64,000 bases of DNA from Alphaproteobacteria bacterium (GCA_965249135.1 OZ252220.1:32001-96000), one strand, 5' to 3'. Shown: positions 19,917-30,855, counted from the first letter of the stretch. Notes: a model not told the origin generated them from the letters alone. Numbers and translations: made by a program.

Positions 19917-20972
19917 ATGGCCTATCACGAAAGCTTGGAGCAGGCGGTAGCATTCGCTAAAGCAGCGTTTGCCAAAATGGCGACGCTCAAAATTGCGGCG
20001 CAGCCGAAGAATTTCGAGCTCTGGTATTGCTACTATTCTGGCACGAACCCAGAACTGAAGCAGACCCTTGAGGTCATCCTTAGGAAAAAAGAAGCATTCA
20101 CGGATGACCTGAACGTCGAACTCCACGACCGTTTCTTCGGCCATTCCCACGAAGTGGCGGAAATTCAAAAGGCAAGCGATCGGATCCAATCGGCCGTGAC
20201 GCGGGTGCTGGAGTATCTCGGGGATACGAATACCGAAGTTGCCGACTATGGCGAGGCATTGGAAACGATGTCTGGGCGAATCGCGAACGAGACGGATATC
20301 GAAGCGATCCGCTCGACGGTGGCCGGCATCCTGTCGGAAACAAAGCGAATGACTAAGAAAAATAACCAGCTCGAAAGCCAGCTAAAAACCGCCAGCGACG
20401 AAATCGTCGAGCTTCATGAACATATCCAATACATCCGTCAGGAAGCGACGACGGACGCACTGACCGGCCTGCCGAATCGCAAGCATTTTGACGAGCAACT
20501 TCGTCTATGCATTCGTCAAAGCGAGGAGGCGAATGAGGCCCTTTGTCTGGTCATGGCGGATATCGATCATTTCAAAAAATTCAATGACAATTACGGCCAT
20601 CTCTTGGGAGACCAGGTATTATGGCTCGTCGCGAACACACTCATCGAATGCGTGAAGGGGCGCGATATACCAACGCGTTTCGGTGGTGAAGAGTTCGCGA
20701 TCATTCTTCCGCGTACGAATATCCATGGGGCGAAGAAGGTCGGACAGGACATTCGTGCGCGTGTTGCTTCGAAGAAAGTTGTCCGAAAAGCAACGGGCGA
20801 AGCTCTGGGCGCCATCACCCTTTCTCTCGGTGTCGCGCAATACCGTCCCGGAGAACCCTCCGAGAGCTTCATTCAGCGGGCGGACAATGCCCTTTACCGT
20901 GCAAAGAATCAGGGGCGAAACCAGGTTGTGACAGAAGCCGCCCCCGATTCAGACGTTACCATGCACGGTTGA
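19917..20972 (+). CDS. Diguanylate cyclase (cytoplasmic, coiled-coil + GGEEF)
   Basis: DALTGLPNR, DIDHFK, RFGGEEF; GAAGG RBS before ATG 19917. Confidence 0.92.
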   Translation: MAYHESLEQAVAFAKAAFAKMATLKIAAQPKNFELWYCYYSGTNPELKQTLEVILRKKEAFTDDLNVELHDRFFGHSHEVAEIQKASDRIQSAVTRVLEYLGDTNTEVADYGEALETMSGRIANETDIEAIRSTVAGILSETKRMTKKNNQLESQLKTASDEIVELHEHIQYIRQEATTDALTGLPNRKHFDEQLRLCIRQSEEANEALCLVMADIDHFKKFNDNYGHLLGDQVLWLVANTLIECVKGRDIPTRFGGEEFAIILPRTNIHGAKKVGQDIRARVASKKVVRKATGEALGAITLSLGVAQYRPGEPSESFIQRADNALYRAKNQGRNQVVTEAAPDSDVTMHG

Positions 20973-21017
20973 TTGGAACCTTGCCGTCTAGGCAGGCAAT
21001 CTTGAGAAGGCGAGCGC

Positions 21018-22001
21018 TTAATCGGAAGCATGGTCGAGCAGGCTTGCGAGTCCGAGGAAGGCCGGCTCCGGGTGACGAATGACGAAAGTCGGAATTTCCG
21101 CAAGGTAATCGGAGAAACGTCCCCTTTCCCCGAAGCGCTGGCGAAACCCAGAGGCTTCAAAGAAACCCGTAAACTGCGGAATAATGCCGCCGGCCACATA
21201 GACGCCTCCCTGCGCGCCAAGGTTAAGCGCCAGATCTCCGGCAACCGTTCCCAGCATCTCGCAGAACATACGAAGCACGGCAAGACAATCTGGATCGCCT
21301 CCATCGAGGGCGCGGTGCGTAAGCTCGTCCGGTGAAGCAGGCGCGGGGCCTTTTCCGGACGTACCGCCGATCGCCTCGTATAGGTTGAGAAGGCCCGGGC
21401 CCGAAACGACACGCTCGGCGGAGACATGGCCAAAACGCTTGCGCAGGTTTTGCAAGGTGTCCGCCTCTGCGTCTGTAGTCGCTGCCATCGTCACGTGGCC
21501 TCCCTCGGTCGAAAGGGCCATCCATTCGCCATCGGCCATCGGCATAAGGCCGGAAACGCCAAGTCCCGTGCCGGGCCCGATCACCGCAATCGGCGTGTCT
21601 GCCACCGCCTGGCCACCGCCAATTTTGGAAAGATCCCCTGCCTCAAACTCCGGGACGGAAAGCGCGATCGCGGTAAAGTCGTTGATCACATCAAGGCGTT
21701 CGAAGCCAAAACTTTTTCGGGTTTCTTCGATGGAAAAGGTCCAGGGGTGATTCGTAAGTTCAACCTTATCGCCATCGACCGCAGAAGCGACAGCGAAGGC
21801 GGCGTGTTTTGGCGCGGGTTTCATCGGAATGCGATTGAGGTAGTCGGCAATGGCACTTGCCAGATCCGCGTAGTCTGCCGAGCAAAACGATTCGCAATGA
21901 CTCACCGCCCCCCCCTTTTCGTGAAGGGCGAAGCGAACGTTCGTTCCGCCAATATCCGCAAGGAAACGGCCGGTTTGTTCTTCCCGTTGCCCGTCGGTCA
22001 T
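21018..22001 (-). CDS. glk: Glucokinase
   Basis: DIGGTN, INDF, GPGTGLG, EGGH, SAERVVSGPG. Confidence 0.95.
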   Translation of the reverse strand: MTDGQREEQTGRFLADIGGTNVRFALHEKGGAVSHCESFCSADYADLASAIADYLNRIPMKPAPKHAAFAVASAVDGDKVELTNHPWTFSIEETRKSFGFERLDVINDFTAIALSVPEFEAGDLSKIGGGQAVADTPIAVIGPGTGLGVSGLMPMADGEWMALSTEGGHVTMAATTDAEADTLQNLRKRFGHVSAERVVSGPGLLNLYEAIGGTSGKGPAPASPDELTHRALDGGDPDCLAVLRMFCEMLGTVAGDLALNLGAQGGVYVAGGIIPQFTGFFEASGFRQRFGERGRFSDYLAEIPTFVIRHPEPAFLGLASLLDHASD

Positions 22002-22005
22002 GGGA

Positions 22006-23397
22006 TCAATAGACGGAGTACGGTGCTTCCTGAAGCGCCGCTACAAACTTTTCACGCCATATCGTGATGTCGTTTCGACGCAGCGTCTTCATCATCTCTT
22101 TCCAACGCGCCTTGCGCTCGTCGAGTGGCATGACGAGCGCCTGTTTCAGGGCATCCGCCACTTCCTCGGTGTTGTACGGATTGACGACGATCGAGTTGTT
22201 GTCCAGCTCATGTACCGCGCCGGCGAAACGGGAAAGGACCAGAACGCCGGGGTCTTCTGGATCCTGAGCGGCAACGTACTCCTTGGCGACGAGGTTCATG
22301 CCATCCCGCAAAGGCGTCACGAAACCGACATTGCTGGCTCGGAAGAACCCCATCAATGTCCGGCGCTTGAAGCTATGATTGATATAGCGAATCGGCACCC
22401 AGTTGAATTCGGAGAAGCGTCCATTGATCCGGCCGGCGGCGGTGCTGATTTCCTCTCGCATTTCTTTGTATTCCTGCACATGTGACCGGGAAAGCGGGGC
22501 GATCTGAATCAGTGTGACGCATTGCTTCTGGAATTCCGGAGAATCCTTGAGCAGACTTTCGAAGGCAAGGAACCGCTCAATGATCCCCTTGCTGTAATCC
22601 AGTCGATCGACCCCGATGATCATCGGGCGATCGTGAAGGCTCTCCTGCATCTTTATGGCAGAGGTCGAGTTTTTCGAATCCCTGGCAAGTGAAGTGACGT
22701 TTTTCATGTCGATGCCGATCGGAAAAACACCGGCCAGGAAAGTGCGGCCGTTCACCTTCACAATCCCGTTCGACATCACCTGTCCCTGAACTTCACGGTT
22801 GATATAGTTATGAAAGGCGTAAAGGTCCATTTCCGTCTGAAATCCGACGACATCATAAGCGCAAAGGCCTTCCACCAGCTCTTGATGGCCGGGAAGCGAC
22901 GTCAGGACTTCGGGCACCGGGAAGGGGGTATGTAGGAAAAAACCAATTGGATGGTTTATTCCCTTTTGGCGAAGTTCGTGTGCAAGCGGGATTAGGTGAT
23001 AGTCGTGGACCCAGATGAGGTCGCCGCCTTCCAACAACGGAACAAGTTTCTTCGCGAAATTGGCATTGACCCTCTGGTAGCCTTTGTAGTCGTCTCGGTG
23101 GAAGGCCATCAAATCCGGACGGTAGTGAAAAGCTGGCCAGATGGCACGATTCGCATATCCAGAGTAATACTCTTCGTAATCCTTCGTCGAAAGATCGAGC
23201 GTGGCATAGGTCAACCCATTCGTCGAAAAAACTTTCGGCCGAACAGAAACCTTCGCTGCGTACTTACCGCTCCATCCGAACCAAATACCGCCATAGGCCT
23301 CCAGCGCCGTCTGGATGGAGATGGCAAGGCCGCCTACGCTGGTTTGACTCTTTCCAACCACTTCCACGCGATTGGAAACGACGACGAGACGGGTCAA
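22006..23397 (-). CDS. otsA: Trehalose-6-phosphate synthase
   Basis: TTG start overlapping the upstream stop; VVSNR, WVHDYHL, VDRLDYSKG, DGMNLVAKE. Confidence 0.95.
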   Translation of the reverse strand: MTRLVVVSNRVEVVGKSQTSVGGLAISIQTALEAYGGIWFGWSGKYAAKVSVRPKVFSTNGLTYATLDLSTKDYEEYYSGYANRAIWPAFHYRPDLMAFHRDDYKGYQRVNANFAKKLVPLLEGGDLIWVHDYHLIPLAHELRQKGINHPIGFFLHTPFPVPEVLTSLPGHQELVEGLCAYDVVGFQTEMDLYAFHNYINREVQGQVMSNGIVKVNGRTFLAGVFPIGIDMKNVTSLARDSKNSTSAIKMQESLHDRPMIIGVDRLDYSKGIIERFLAFESLLKDSPEFQKQCVTLIQIAPLSRSHVQEYKEMREEISTAAGRINGRFSEFNWVPIRYINHSFKRRTLMGFFRASNVGFVTPLRDGMNLVAKEYVAAQDPEDPGVLVLSRFAGAVHELDNNSIVVNPYNTEEVADALKQALVMPLDERKARWKEMMKTLRRNDITIWREKFVAALQEAPYSVY

Positions 23398-25181
23398 AAC
23401 GCCTCCTCCCAGGACTTGCTTAGTCGCATGGCGGAGTTGATTAGCCCCACCATTGAATAGGTTTGGGGAAAGTTTCCCCAAAGCTCGCCCGTTTTTGGGT
23501 CTATGTCCTCAGAGAGCAATCCTACATGATTTCGGCGGGCAAGCATATTTTCGAAGAGCTCACGCGCCTCCTCCTTGCGGCCAATGGCGCCTAACGCGTT
23601 TATGTACCAGAATGTACAGACGCTGAAGGAGGTCTCCGGTCGGCCAATATCGTCCGGGGCCGCGTAGCGAAACAAGAAATCGCCCTGTCGCAGTTCCTTT
23701 TCGACTGCGTGAACGGTCTGTTCGAAGCGTGGGTCTGTTGGAGGAAGGAAGCCCAGCTCGTGTAAGAGCAGAAGAGAGGCATCCAGATCCGAGCCCCCAA
23801 AACTTTCGACAAAACTTTTTTTCTTCTCGTTCCACGCCTGCTTGCAAATTACGGCATGGATGTCATCTGCCTTTTTTCGCCAGGTCTTTGCCTTCGACGT
23901 CAGGCCAAGCTGCGTCGCAATCTTTGCCAGCCGGTCGCAAGCTGCCCAACACATGACACTGGAATAGGTGTGGACCCGCTCGCGTGTTCTGAATTCCCAC
24001 GGGCCGGCATCGGGTTGATTGTAAAGCTTGGCGGCCAGATGACCGGCGCGCTCCAGTTCCTCAAAAAGGCGAATATCTCCCTGTCGGGAAAGCCGTGTAT
24101 CGAAGAAGGCCTGGGTGGAGGCAAGCACGACGCTTCCGTAAACGTCGTTCTGAGGCTGGCGGAAGGCTGCGTTGCCGGTGCGGACCGGTCCCATCCGGCG
24201 GTAACCGGCAAGGGTCTCGATTTCTTGCTCATGAAGCTGCGATTCAAGCGTAATGCCATAGACCGGCTGCAGTTCGCCATTTTCGGCACCGGCAACGATA
24301 TTGATGATGTAGCGCAGGTAATTCTCCATCGTCAGCGTCGCCCCCAACTGGTTGAGGGCATGCACGACGAAATAGGAGTCCCGCAACCAGCAGTAGCGAT
24401 AATCCCAGTTACGGCGGCTGTTCGCGGCCTCCGGGATCGAGGTCGTCATCGCGGCGATGAGGGCGCCCGTTTCTTCGAAGCTACAGAGCTTGAGCGTAAT
24501 TGCCGCACGGACGACCGCTTCCTGCCATTCAAAGGGCAGGGATAAGTAGCGCACCCAATCATGCCAATATTCGACGGTCTTTTTGTAGAAGTCCTTACTC
24601 GTGTCGTCGATCGGACTGGCCAGGCTTTCGTCCGGGCCCAGCATCATCGTGTGTGGAAGCTCAAGAACGAACGATTTTTCTTCAAGCAAGAACGCAACCG
24701 GTAAATCCGTCGAAACGCGCAGCGTCACCGCAGCCGTAACGTAACGAATATGATTGCTGCCATGGGTGGTCGACGGCTTTTCGGCTCCGTAGTTCGAGTT
24801 GGGGCGTACACGGACCCGAATTCTGGGCGTTCCGTTTACCGGCCGCACGTGCCGGACCATCATAATCGGGCGAAAGATGCGCCCGTACTGTCGGAAACGG
24901 GGCGCAAAATCCGTCAATTCGATGGATGCACCCTTCGTATCATAAAGTTTCGTAATGAGAACGGCCGTGTGCGGAACGTAATACTGTTCGGAGTGGGAGA
25001 AATGCTCGATCTCGATATCGAAGAACCCGGTTTCTTTGTCCTCTCCGTCGCCGTTCAGCAATCTGCAGAAAATCGGATCGCTATCGAACCTTGGAAGGCA
25101 CGCCCAAACGACTCGTCCCCGCTGGTCGATCAGGGCCCCATAGGAACCATTCCCGATAATGCCCAGGTTAAGATCCGTCAT
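23394..25181 (-). CDS. Glycoside hydrolase family 15 (trehalase-like)
   Basis: TTSIPE..RNWDYRYCWLRD, WEFR, LLSED..GNFPQ. Confidence 0.92.
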   Translation of the reverse strand: MTDLNLGIIGNGSYGALIDQRGRVVWACLPRFDSDPIFCRLLNGDGEDKETGFFDIEIEHFSHSEQYYVPHTAVLITKLYDTKGASIELTDFAPRFRQYGRIFRPIMMVRHVRPVNGTPRIRVRVRPNSNYGAEKPSTTHGSNHIRYVTAAVTLRVSTDLPVAFLLEEKSFVLELPHTMMLGPDESLASPIDDTSKDFYKKTVEYWHDWVRYLSLPFEWQEAVVRAAITLKLCSFEETGALIAAMTTSIPEAANSRRNWDYRYCWLRDSYFVVHALNQLGATLTMENYLRYIINIVAGAENGELQPVYGITLESQLHEQEIETLAGYRRMGPVRTGNAAFRQPQNDVYGSVVLASTQAFFDTRLSRQGDIRLFEELERAGHLAAKLYNQPDAGPWEFRTRERVHTYSSVMCWAACDRLAKIATQLGLTSKAKTWRKKADDIHAVICKQAWNEKKKSFVESFGGSDLDASLLLLHELGFLPPTDPRFEQTVHAVEKELRQGDFLFRYAAPDDIGRPETSFSVCTFWYINALGAIGRKEEARELFENMLARRNHVGLLSEDIDPKTGELWGNFPQTYSMVGLINSAMRLSKSWEEAF

Positions 25182-25183
25182 GC

Positions 25184-25969
25184 CTATCCACTCTCCTGCA
25201 GTTTGGCCGTGGTTAGAATGGCATCGGGCAGGGAGGCAAGCCAACCAAGAAGCGCAGACACGGATTCGATTCGCCTAGTGGCGGCAGTCGCACCTTCCAT
25301 GCCGACCCGGATGGAATGCCCGCCAAGCCGATTGACCGTGGCAAACCCGTCTTCGTCCGTGATGTCGTCCCCGATATAGACGGGAAGACGCCCGGCAAAG
25401 GGCGGCGCGCTTAGCAAATGTTCGACTGCCTGGCCCTTGTGTACGTTGGCCGGCTTTACCTCCAGCACCATTTTTCCCTTGAGAAAGTGGTAGTTGCCGT
25501 CTTGTTTGCCAAGAAGGTCCGATACGAGCGTCTTTGCGGCCTCTGCCTGCTCAGGCGCCTGCCGGTAGTGAAGCGCCAGCGTTGCGCCTTTATTCTCAAG
25601 AAGGATACCAGGGGACTCATCGGCGTACCGCTTCAGCGTCTCCCGGATTTCTTCCAACCGATTGCTCTCGCTCGCCACCCGGTGGATGTCCCCCTTCGCG
25701 TTACGTACCTCCAACCCGTGAAGGCCGGCAACGGGAAGGCAAAGGGGTTCGAACAGCCGATCGATGGTTTCGATCGAGCGCCCGCTTACAAGGGCTACGG
25801 CATTCTCGAAAGTGCCCGTAAGGCGGCGAAGAATCGTCAGCACGTCCGGCTCGATATGAACCGCAGCCGGCGTCTCCGCAATCTCGACCAGCGTTCCGTC
25901 CACATCTAGGAAAAGAGCCCAGTTTCGGTTGGGCATGGGAAGATCTGGAAGCGGCATTCCGTCGTCCAT
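25184..25969 (-). CDS. otsB: Trehalose-6-phosphate phosphatase
   Basis: FLDVDGTL, SGR, GDDITDEDGF. Confidence 0.95.
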   Translation of the reverse strand: MDDGMPLPDLPMPNRNWALFLDVDGTLVEIAETPAAVHIEPDVLTILRRLTGTFENAVALVSGRSIETIDRLFEPLCLPVAGLHGLEVRNAKGDIHRVASESNRLEEIRETLKRYADESPGILLENKGATLALHYRQAPEQAEAAKTLVSDLLGKQDGNYHFLKGKMVLEVKPANVHKGQAVEHLLSAPPFAGRLPVYIGDDITDEDGFATVNRLGGHSIRVGMEGATAATRRIESVSALLGWLASLPDAILTTAKLQESG

Positions 25970-26103
25970 GTCGATGAAGGCAATGGGCGCATGCCAAGGA
26001 TGCTACGGACATCTGTCCGTAAGGTTAATAAAGGCTCCCCCTTGCATGGGCAAGGGCCGGTGGTGCTGACTTGGAACGCGTATGGATTTCAGGGATTAGA
26101 GGA

Positions 26104-26880
26104 TTAAGCCCGTCCTCTCGCGACAAAAGCCGGATTCTCGAAATTCGGCTTCCCGTAGCGCAATTCCTCACCATCCAGCGTCGTGATGTTTCCGCCCGCT
26201 GCAAGCAGGATGGTGTGCCCGGCCGCCGTGTCCCATTCCATCGTTCGCCCGAAGCGCGGGTAGAGGTCGGCCTCACCTGCCGCGATGACACAAAATTTCA
26301 TCGCACTGCCGAAGATCCTACGTTCCCGCACCTTCAGCGTCGTGAGGTATTCTTCCGTCTGGGGCCCGGCATGGGAGCGGCTGGAGACGACGACGAAGCC
26401 TTCCGCAGACGCCTTGACGGCGGTGATGGGCCTAGGTTCGTCTTCTCCGACGGCAAGGGTGGCAGTGCCGGGCCCGGCCGCCGCGTAAATGGTTTCCTTT
26501 AAGGGGACGCCGATAAGGCCAAGAACCGGGCGATTGTCTATCACGAGGGCGACATTGATCGTGAATTCACCGGTTTCCCCGATGAACTCCTTCGTGCCGT
26601 CGAGGGGGTCCACCAGCCAAAACTTTCCCCCGGCGATGGATGGAATGTCGCCCCCCTCGGCACGCTCCTCCGAAACGACGGGAATTTCTGGCGTAATCTC
26701 ACGAAGCGCGTCTAAGATGATTCGCTCCGAAATTTCATCAGCCTCCGTAACGGGAGATAGGTCCTTCTTCTTCCGAACGGTGTACTCTTTTTTCTCATAG
26801 ATTCGAACGGTCTCCCTTCCGGCCTTCCGGACGATAGGGCGAAGCGCCTCGATGAGTTCGAGATAGTCCATTTCTTTCAA
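26104..26880 (-). CDS. cysQ: 3'(2'),5'-bisphosphate nucleotidase
   Basis: SPVTEAD, DPLDGTKEF, MEWDTAAG. Confidence 0.93.
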   Translation of the reverse strand: MKEMDYLELIEALRPIVRKAGRETVRIYEKKEYTVRKKKDLSPVTEADEISERIILDALREITPEIPVVSEERAEGGDIPSIAGGKFWLVDPLDGTKEFIGETGEFTINVALVIDNRPVLGLIGVPLKETIYAAAGPGTATLAVGEDEPRPITAVKASAEGFVVVSSRSHAGPQTEEYLTTLKVRERRIFGSAMKFCVIAAGEADLYPRFGRTMEWDTAAGHTILLAAGGNITTLDGEELRYGKPNFENPAFVARGRA

Positions 26881-26895
26881 GCCGGACTTTCCAAT

Positions 26896-27588
26896 TCAGC
26901 GGCGTTCGTATTGTTGGCTGCCGAACATGACGTTCCAGGCATCCTTGTCTTCCGACCAGTCGGTTTCCATCTTTCTTGGCACCTTCATCCCTCGCTTCAC
27001 GCCAGGCCGCTCGTCGATGGCGTTGTACCAACGCTCGACATTTGGAAAATCCTCCAGTTTCTGTCCGTGCATGTCATGCCATCGGGTCCAGGGGAAGGTC
27101 GCGATATCGGCGATCGAATAGTCACCAGCCAAATACTCGCTTTCCCCGAGCCGTCGGTCGAGGACGCAGTAAAGTCGCGCAGCTTCCTTCGTATAGCGCT
27201 CGATCACATAAGGGATTTTTTCCGGTGCGTATTTTCGAAAGTGATGGGCCTGGCCGAGCATAGGGCCGACCCCGCCCATCTGGAACATCAGCCACTGGAG
27301 CGTCACGTATCGCGTTCGTGCATCCGTCGACAGGAATTTGCCGAGTTTCTCACCCAGATAAATCAGGATGGCGCCGGATTCGAAAAGCGCGATCGGTTCA
27401 CCGCCCGGCCCCTCTGGATCGACGATCGCCGGAATCTTGTTATTGGGGCCTATTTTCAAGAACTCCGGCTTGAACTGGTCGCCCTTCGTGATATCGATGT
27501 GGATGGGGCAATAGGAAACGCCGGCTTCCTCAAGAAAGATCGAAACCTTGTGTCCGTTCGGCGTTCCGTCCGTATAGAGTTCAAGCAT
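26896..27588 (-). CDS. Glutathione S-transferase (YfcG-like disulfide oxidoreductase)
   Basis: TPNG, NNKIPAI, ESGAIL, GPMLGQAHHF. Confidence 0.92.
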   Translation of the reverse strand: MLELYTDGTPNGHKVSIFLEEAGVSYCPIHIDITKGDQFKPEFLKIGPNNKIPAIVDPEGPGGEPIALFESGAILIYLGEKLGKFLSTDARTRYVTLQWLMFQMGGVGPMLGQAHHFRKYAPEKIPYVIERYTKEAARLYCVLDRRLGESEYLAGDYSIADIATFPWTRWHDMHGQKLEDFPNVERWYNAIDERPGVKRGMKVPRKMETDWSEDKDAWNVMFGSQQYERR

Positions 27589-27737
27589 TGAGTTCTCCCA
27601 AGGGCACATGGCCCGATCCCGTCTATAACATTCCTTATCTCGCGAAACGACTCTGGGTAAGGGCTTTCTCCATCTATATAAGGCGTTTTGGTATTTATGC
27701 TAACCTGTCATAGGAAAGAACGTTGGGACGTCGAGGC

Positions 27738-28583
27738 ATGACGGCGATTAGTTCCGTCGAAACCCCATCCGGCAAGGGTACTGGGCACGAAAACTTCCCG
27801 GTTGGGTCCTGGTTGTTGCCGGCGAAGCTGCGGCCACATGTCGCCATTTTTTACGCGTATGCACGGGCGATCGACGACATCGCGGACGACCCGGAGCTTG
27901 CCCCGGAAGACAAGATCGCGCGGCTGGAAGGTTTCGCGCGAGCCATCTCAGGCGCCGAAACGAAGGACCCAGCCTATGGGAAGGCGCATCGTATGCGGGA
28001 GAGTCTCGGCGAGACGCAGATTTCAACCGCCCATTGCATGAATCTGATCGCCGCCTTCAAGCAGGACGCAACAAAACTCCGCTACCGGGACTGGCAAGAG
28101 CTTATGCATTACTGCGACCGCTCCGCTTCTCCGGTGGGACGCTATCTGCTGGACCTCCATGGAGAATCGAGGACCGGTTATGCAGAATCGGATGCGCTTT
28201 GCAACGCACTTCAGGTTTTGAATCATCTCCAGGACTGCAAAGCGGATTACCTTCGCCTCAACCGGGTCTATCTTCCTGAAACGTGGCTGAAAGAGGCGGG
28301 CAGTTCCGTCGAAGAGCTGGCCGACCCTGCCGCGAGTCCCGGTCTTCGCCAGGCGATCGACCATTGCCTCGACGGCGTCGAGGAGCTCCTCGTCTCGGCA
28401 CGCAGGCTGCCGGCCGTGCTTGGGAACCGTTTTCTTGCGATGGAATCCGCGGTCATTGTGGCGATCGCCCAACAACTGACCCACCAGCTGCGCCGCCGGG
28501 ACCCGCTTGCCGAACGCGTCGTTCTGTCAAAGCCGGCGTACGCATCCTGCTTCCTGAAGGGGGTTGCCCGCGTTCTCTTGTGA
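27738..28583 (+). CDS. hpnC: Hydroxysqualene synthase
   Basis: ENFPVGS, DDIAD, NHLQD. Confidence 0.93.
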   Translation: MTAISSVETPSGKGTGHENFPVGSWLLPAKLRPHVAIFYAYARAIDDIADDPELAPEDKIARLEGFARAISGAETKDPAYGKAHRMRESLGETQISTAHCMNLIAAFKQDATKLRYRDWQELMHYCDRSASPVGRYLLDLHGESRTGYAESDALCNALQVLNHLQDCKADYLRLNRVYLPETWLKEAGSSVEELADPAASPGLRQAIDHCLDGVEELLVSARRLPAVLGNRFLAMESAVIVAIAQQLTHQLRRRDPLAERVVLSKPAYASCFLKGVARVLL

Positions 28584-28687
28584 GGCTTCCCTCTTGCCAC
28601 AGCAGCTCTAGCTTCTGTTTCTTTTCGCGTTCTTCGTTTCGGGCTATGCTCGCGCGTTTTTTGAATGGTCCGAACGGATGATCTAGC

Positions 28688-29575
28688 GTGCAAATGCCAT
28701 TCGCTACCTCCGAGGCTTCCCGAGATCCAGAAGCGTTCGCATCGGTCCAGCGGGTCGTAGGCGGCTCCGGCACGTCTTTTTTCTGGGCGATGCGGCTGCT
28801 TTCCCGACGTCGCCGGGAGGGGATATTTGCGATCTATGCGTTCTGTCGCGAAGTCGACGATATTGCCGATGAGCCGGCCCCGAAAGAAAAGAAATTAGCA
28901 GCCCTCGACAAATGGCAAGCGCAGATCGAAAGGCTCTATGGCGGCATCTACGGGAAGGACGAACCCCTTTATCCGACGGCTTGCGCCTTGACGGAGGCGA
29001 TTGCCGAATTCGATCTTCGGAAGGAAGATTTCCTGGCCATCATCGAAGGCATGCAGCTGGATGCAAACGGGCCCATCCTGGCGCCCTCGATGCAGGAACT
29101 GGAACGTTACTGTGACCGCGTGGCGTGTGCCGTCGGGCGACTCTCCGTGCATGCGTTTGGAGTTCCGGGAGGGAAGGGATATGCCGTCGCGGACAAACTT
29201 GGCCAGGCGCTGCAGTTGACGAATATCCTGCGCGACTTGCACGAAGACGAAAGAGAAGGCCGCCTCTATCTGCCGGTGGAGCTTTTGGAGAAGCATGGCA
29301 TTGCCGATCGGACGCCGGAAAAGGTGTTGGGCCATCCGGCGTTGCCGGCGGTCTGCGAGGACCTTGCCCGGATCGCCCGCCGCCGCTTCGAAGAGGCGGA
29401 AATAGCCCTCGCGCCGTGTTCACGTCGCAAGATGCGGCCTGCCGTCGTCATGATGCGGGTCTATTGGAAAATTCTTGAAGCATTGCAGGCGAGGGGATGG
29501 GGGGATCTCGATCGCGCGGTCGGGCTCTCGAAGGCGGGCAAGATGTGGATCGCGCTCCGCTACGGAATACTTTAG
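28688..29575 (+). CDS. hpnD: Presqualene diphosphate synthase
   Basis: SFFWAMR, DDIADE, QLTNILRD. Confidence 0.93.
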   Translation: MQMPFATSEASRDPEAFASVQRVVGGSGTSFFWAMRLLSRRRREGIFAIYAFCREVDDIADEPAPKEKKLAALDKWQAQIERLYGGIYGKDEPLYPTACALTEAIAEFDLRKEDFLAIIEGMQLDANGPILAPSMQELERYCDRVACAVGRLSVHAFGVPGGKGYAVADKLGQALQLTNILRDLHEDEREGRLYLPVELLEKHGIADRTPEKVLGHPALPAVCEDLARIARRRFEEAEIALAPCSRRKMRPAVVMMRVYWKILEALQARGWGDLDRAVGLSKAGKMWIALRYGIL

Positions 29576-29578
29576 GGC

Positions 29579-30829
29579 ATGGGCGTCGTTCACATCGTAG
29601 GCGCTGGTCTGGCGGGGCTTGCCGCGGCCGTTCGCCTTGCAGAGGCGGGGAGACGGGTTGCCCTTTACGAAGCCTCCGATCACGCAGGTGGGCGTTGCCG
29701 TTCCTACGTCGACGCGACGCTTGGGAAGCGGGTCGATAATGGAAACCACTTATTCTTCCGGGGCAATCGGGCGGCGCTTCATTACCTGAGGACGATCGGC
29801 GCGGTCGATCGCTTCATCTGTCCAAGCGAGCCGGCCTTTCCCTTCATCGATCTCACCACGGGCAACCGCTGGGTCGTTCGTCCCTCCGGCCCCGTTCCAT
29901 GGTGGGTCTTCGTACCCTCGCGCCGCATTCCGGGGACGAAACCAAGCGACTATTTGGCGGCGCTTCGGCTTTTCACGGCAAAGCATGACGCCACCGTTGC
30001 CGGAACCTTCCCGGAAGGCGGTCCGCTCTACCGTTATTTTTGGGAGCCGCTCGCCGTCGCCTCGCTAAATACGCCGGCCGAAAAAGGGGCAATACGGCTT
30101 CTTCTTCCGGTCATCCTGCGCATTTTCGGAAAAGGGCGTGAGGCAGCGCGTCCGATGATCGCTAGGGACGGGCTTTCGGAAAGCTTTGTGGATCCGGCGC
30201 TTGACTATATTCAAAAAAACAACGGAGAACTTCATTTCACCCATCGCCTTCGTGCCATCGCGTTTGACGCTGCGCGCGTCTTGGAACTGGATTTCGGCGA
30301 GCGCCGGGTGACCTTTGAGGAAAACGACCAACTGATCCTTGCCTTGCCGCCGGCAAACGCAGGCGATCTCCTTCCCGACCTTTCCGTGCCAAAGGAAACC
30401 GAGCCCATCCTCAACGCCCATTTTGACTTGCCCGAGGCCCCGTCCTGGCTTCATGAAACCCCGTTCATCGGCGTCATTGGCGGACTTGCCCAATGGATCT
30501 TTCTACGCGGCCGAATGGCCTCCGTCACCGTGAGTGCCGCCGAAGGCCATATCGACAAAACACCGGAGGATCTCATTCCAAGGCTATGGGCAGACGTTGC
30601 GCAAGCGCTTCAGATTTCCGAATCATCGCCGCCCCCTTGCCGCATCATTAAGGAGCGCCGGGCGACCTTTCGCCAAACACCTTCCGCGCTTTCACTTCGC
30701 CCCAAAACCCGGACGAAATACGCGAATTTGTTTCTGGCCGGCGATTGGACCGACACTGGCTTGCCTGCTACGATCGAAGGGGCAATATTCTCCGGCAATA
30801 AGGCCGCTCAGGCCGCCATGAAGCGATAG
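29579..30829 (+). CDS. hpnE: Hydroxysqualene dehydroxylase
   Basis: GAGLAG FAD motif, GGRCRS, DNGNHL, GLPATIEGA. Confidence 0.93.
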   Translation: MGVVHIVGAGLAGLAAAVRLAEAGRRVALYEASDHAGGRCRSYVDATLGKRVDNGNHLFFRGNRAALHYLRTIGAVDRFICPSEPAFPFIDLTTGNRWVVRPSGPVPWWVFVPSRRIPGTKPSDYLAALRLFTAKHDATVAGTFPEGGPLYRYFWEPLAVASLNTPAEKGAIRLLLPVILRIFGKGREAARPMIARDGLSESFVDPALDYIQKNNGELHFTHRLRAIAFDAARVLELDFGERRVTFEENDQLILALPPANAGDLLPDLSVPKETEPILNAHFDLPEAPSWLHETPFIGVIGGLAQWIFLRGRMASVTVSAAEGHIDKTPEDLIPRLWADVAQALQISESSPPPCRIIKERRATFRQTPSALSLRPKTRTKYANLFLAGDWTDTGLPATIEGAIFSGNKAAQAAMKR

Positions 30830-30855
30830 CGAACAAAGAACCAGGCGGGAACAGC

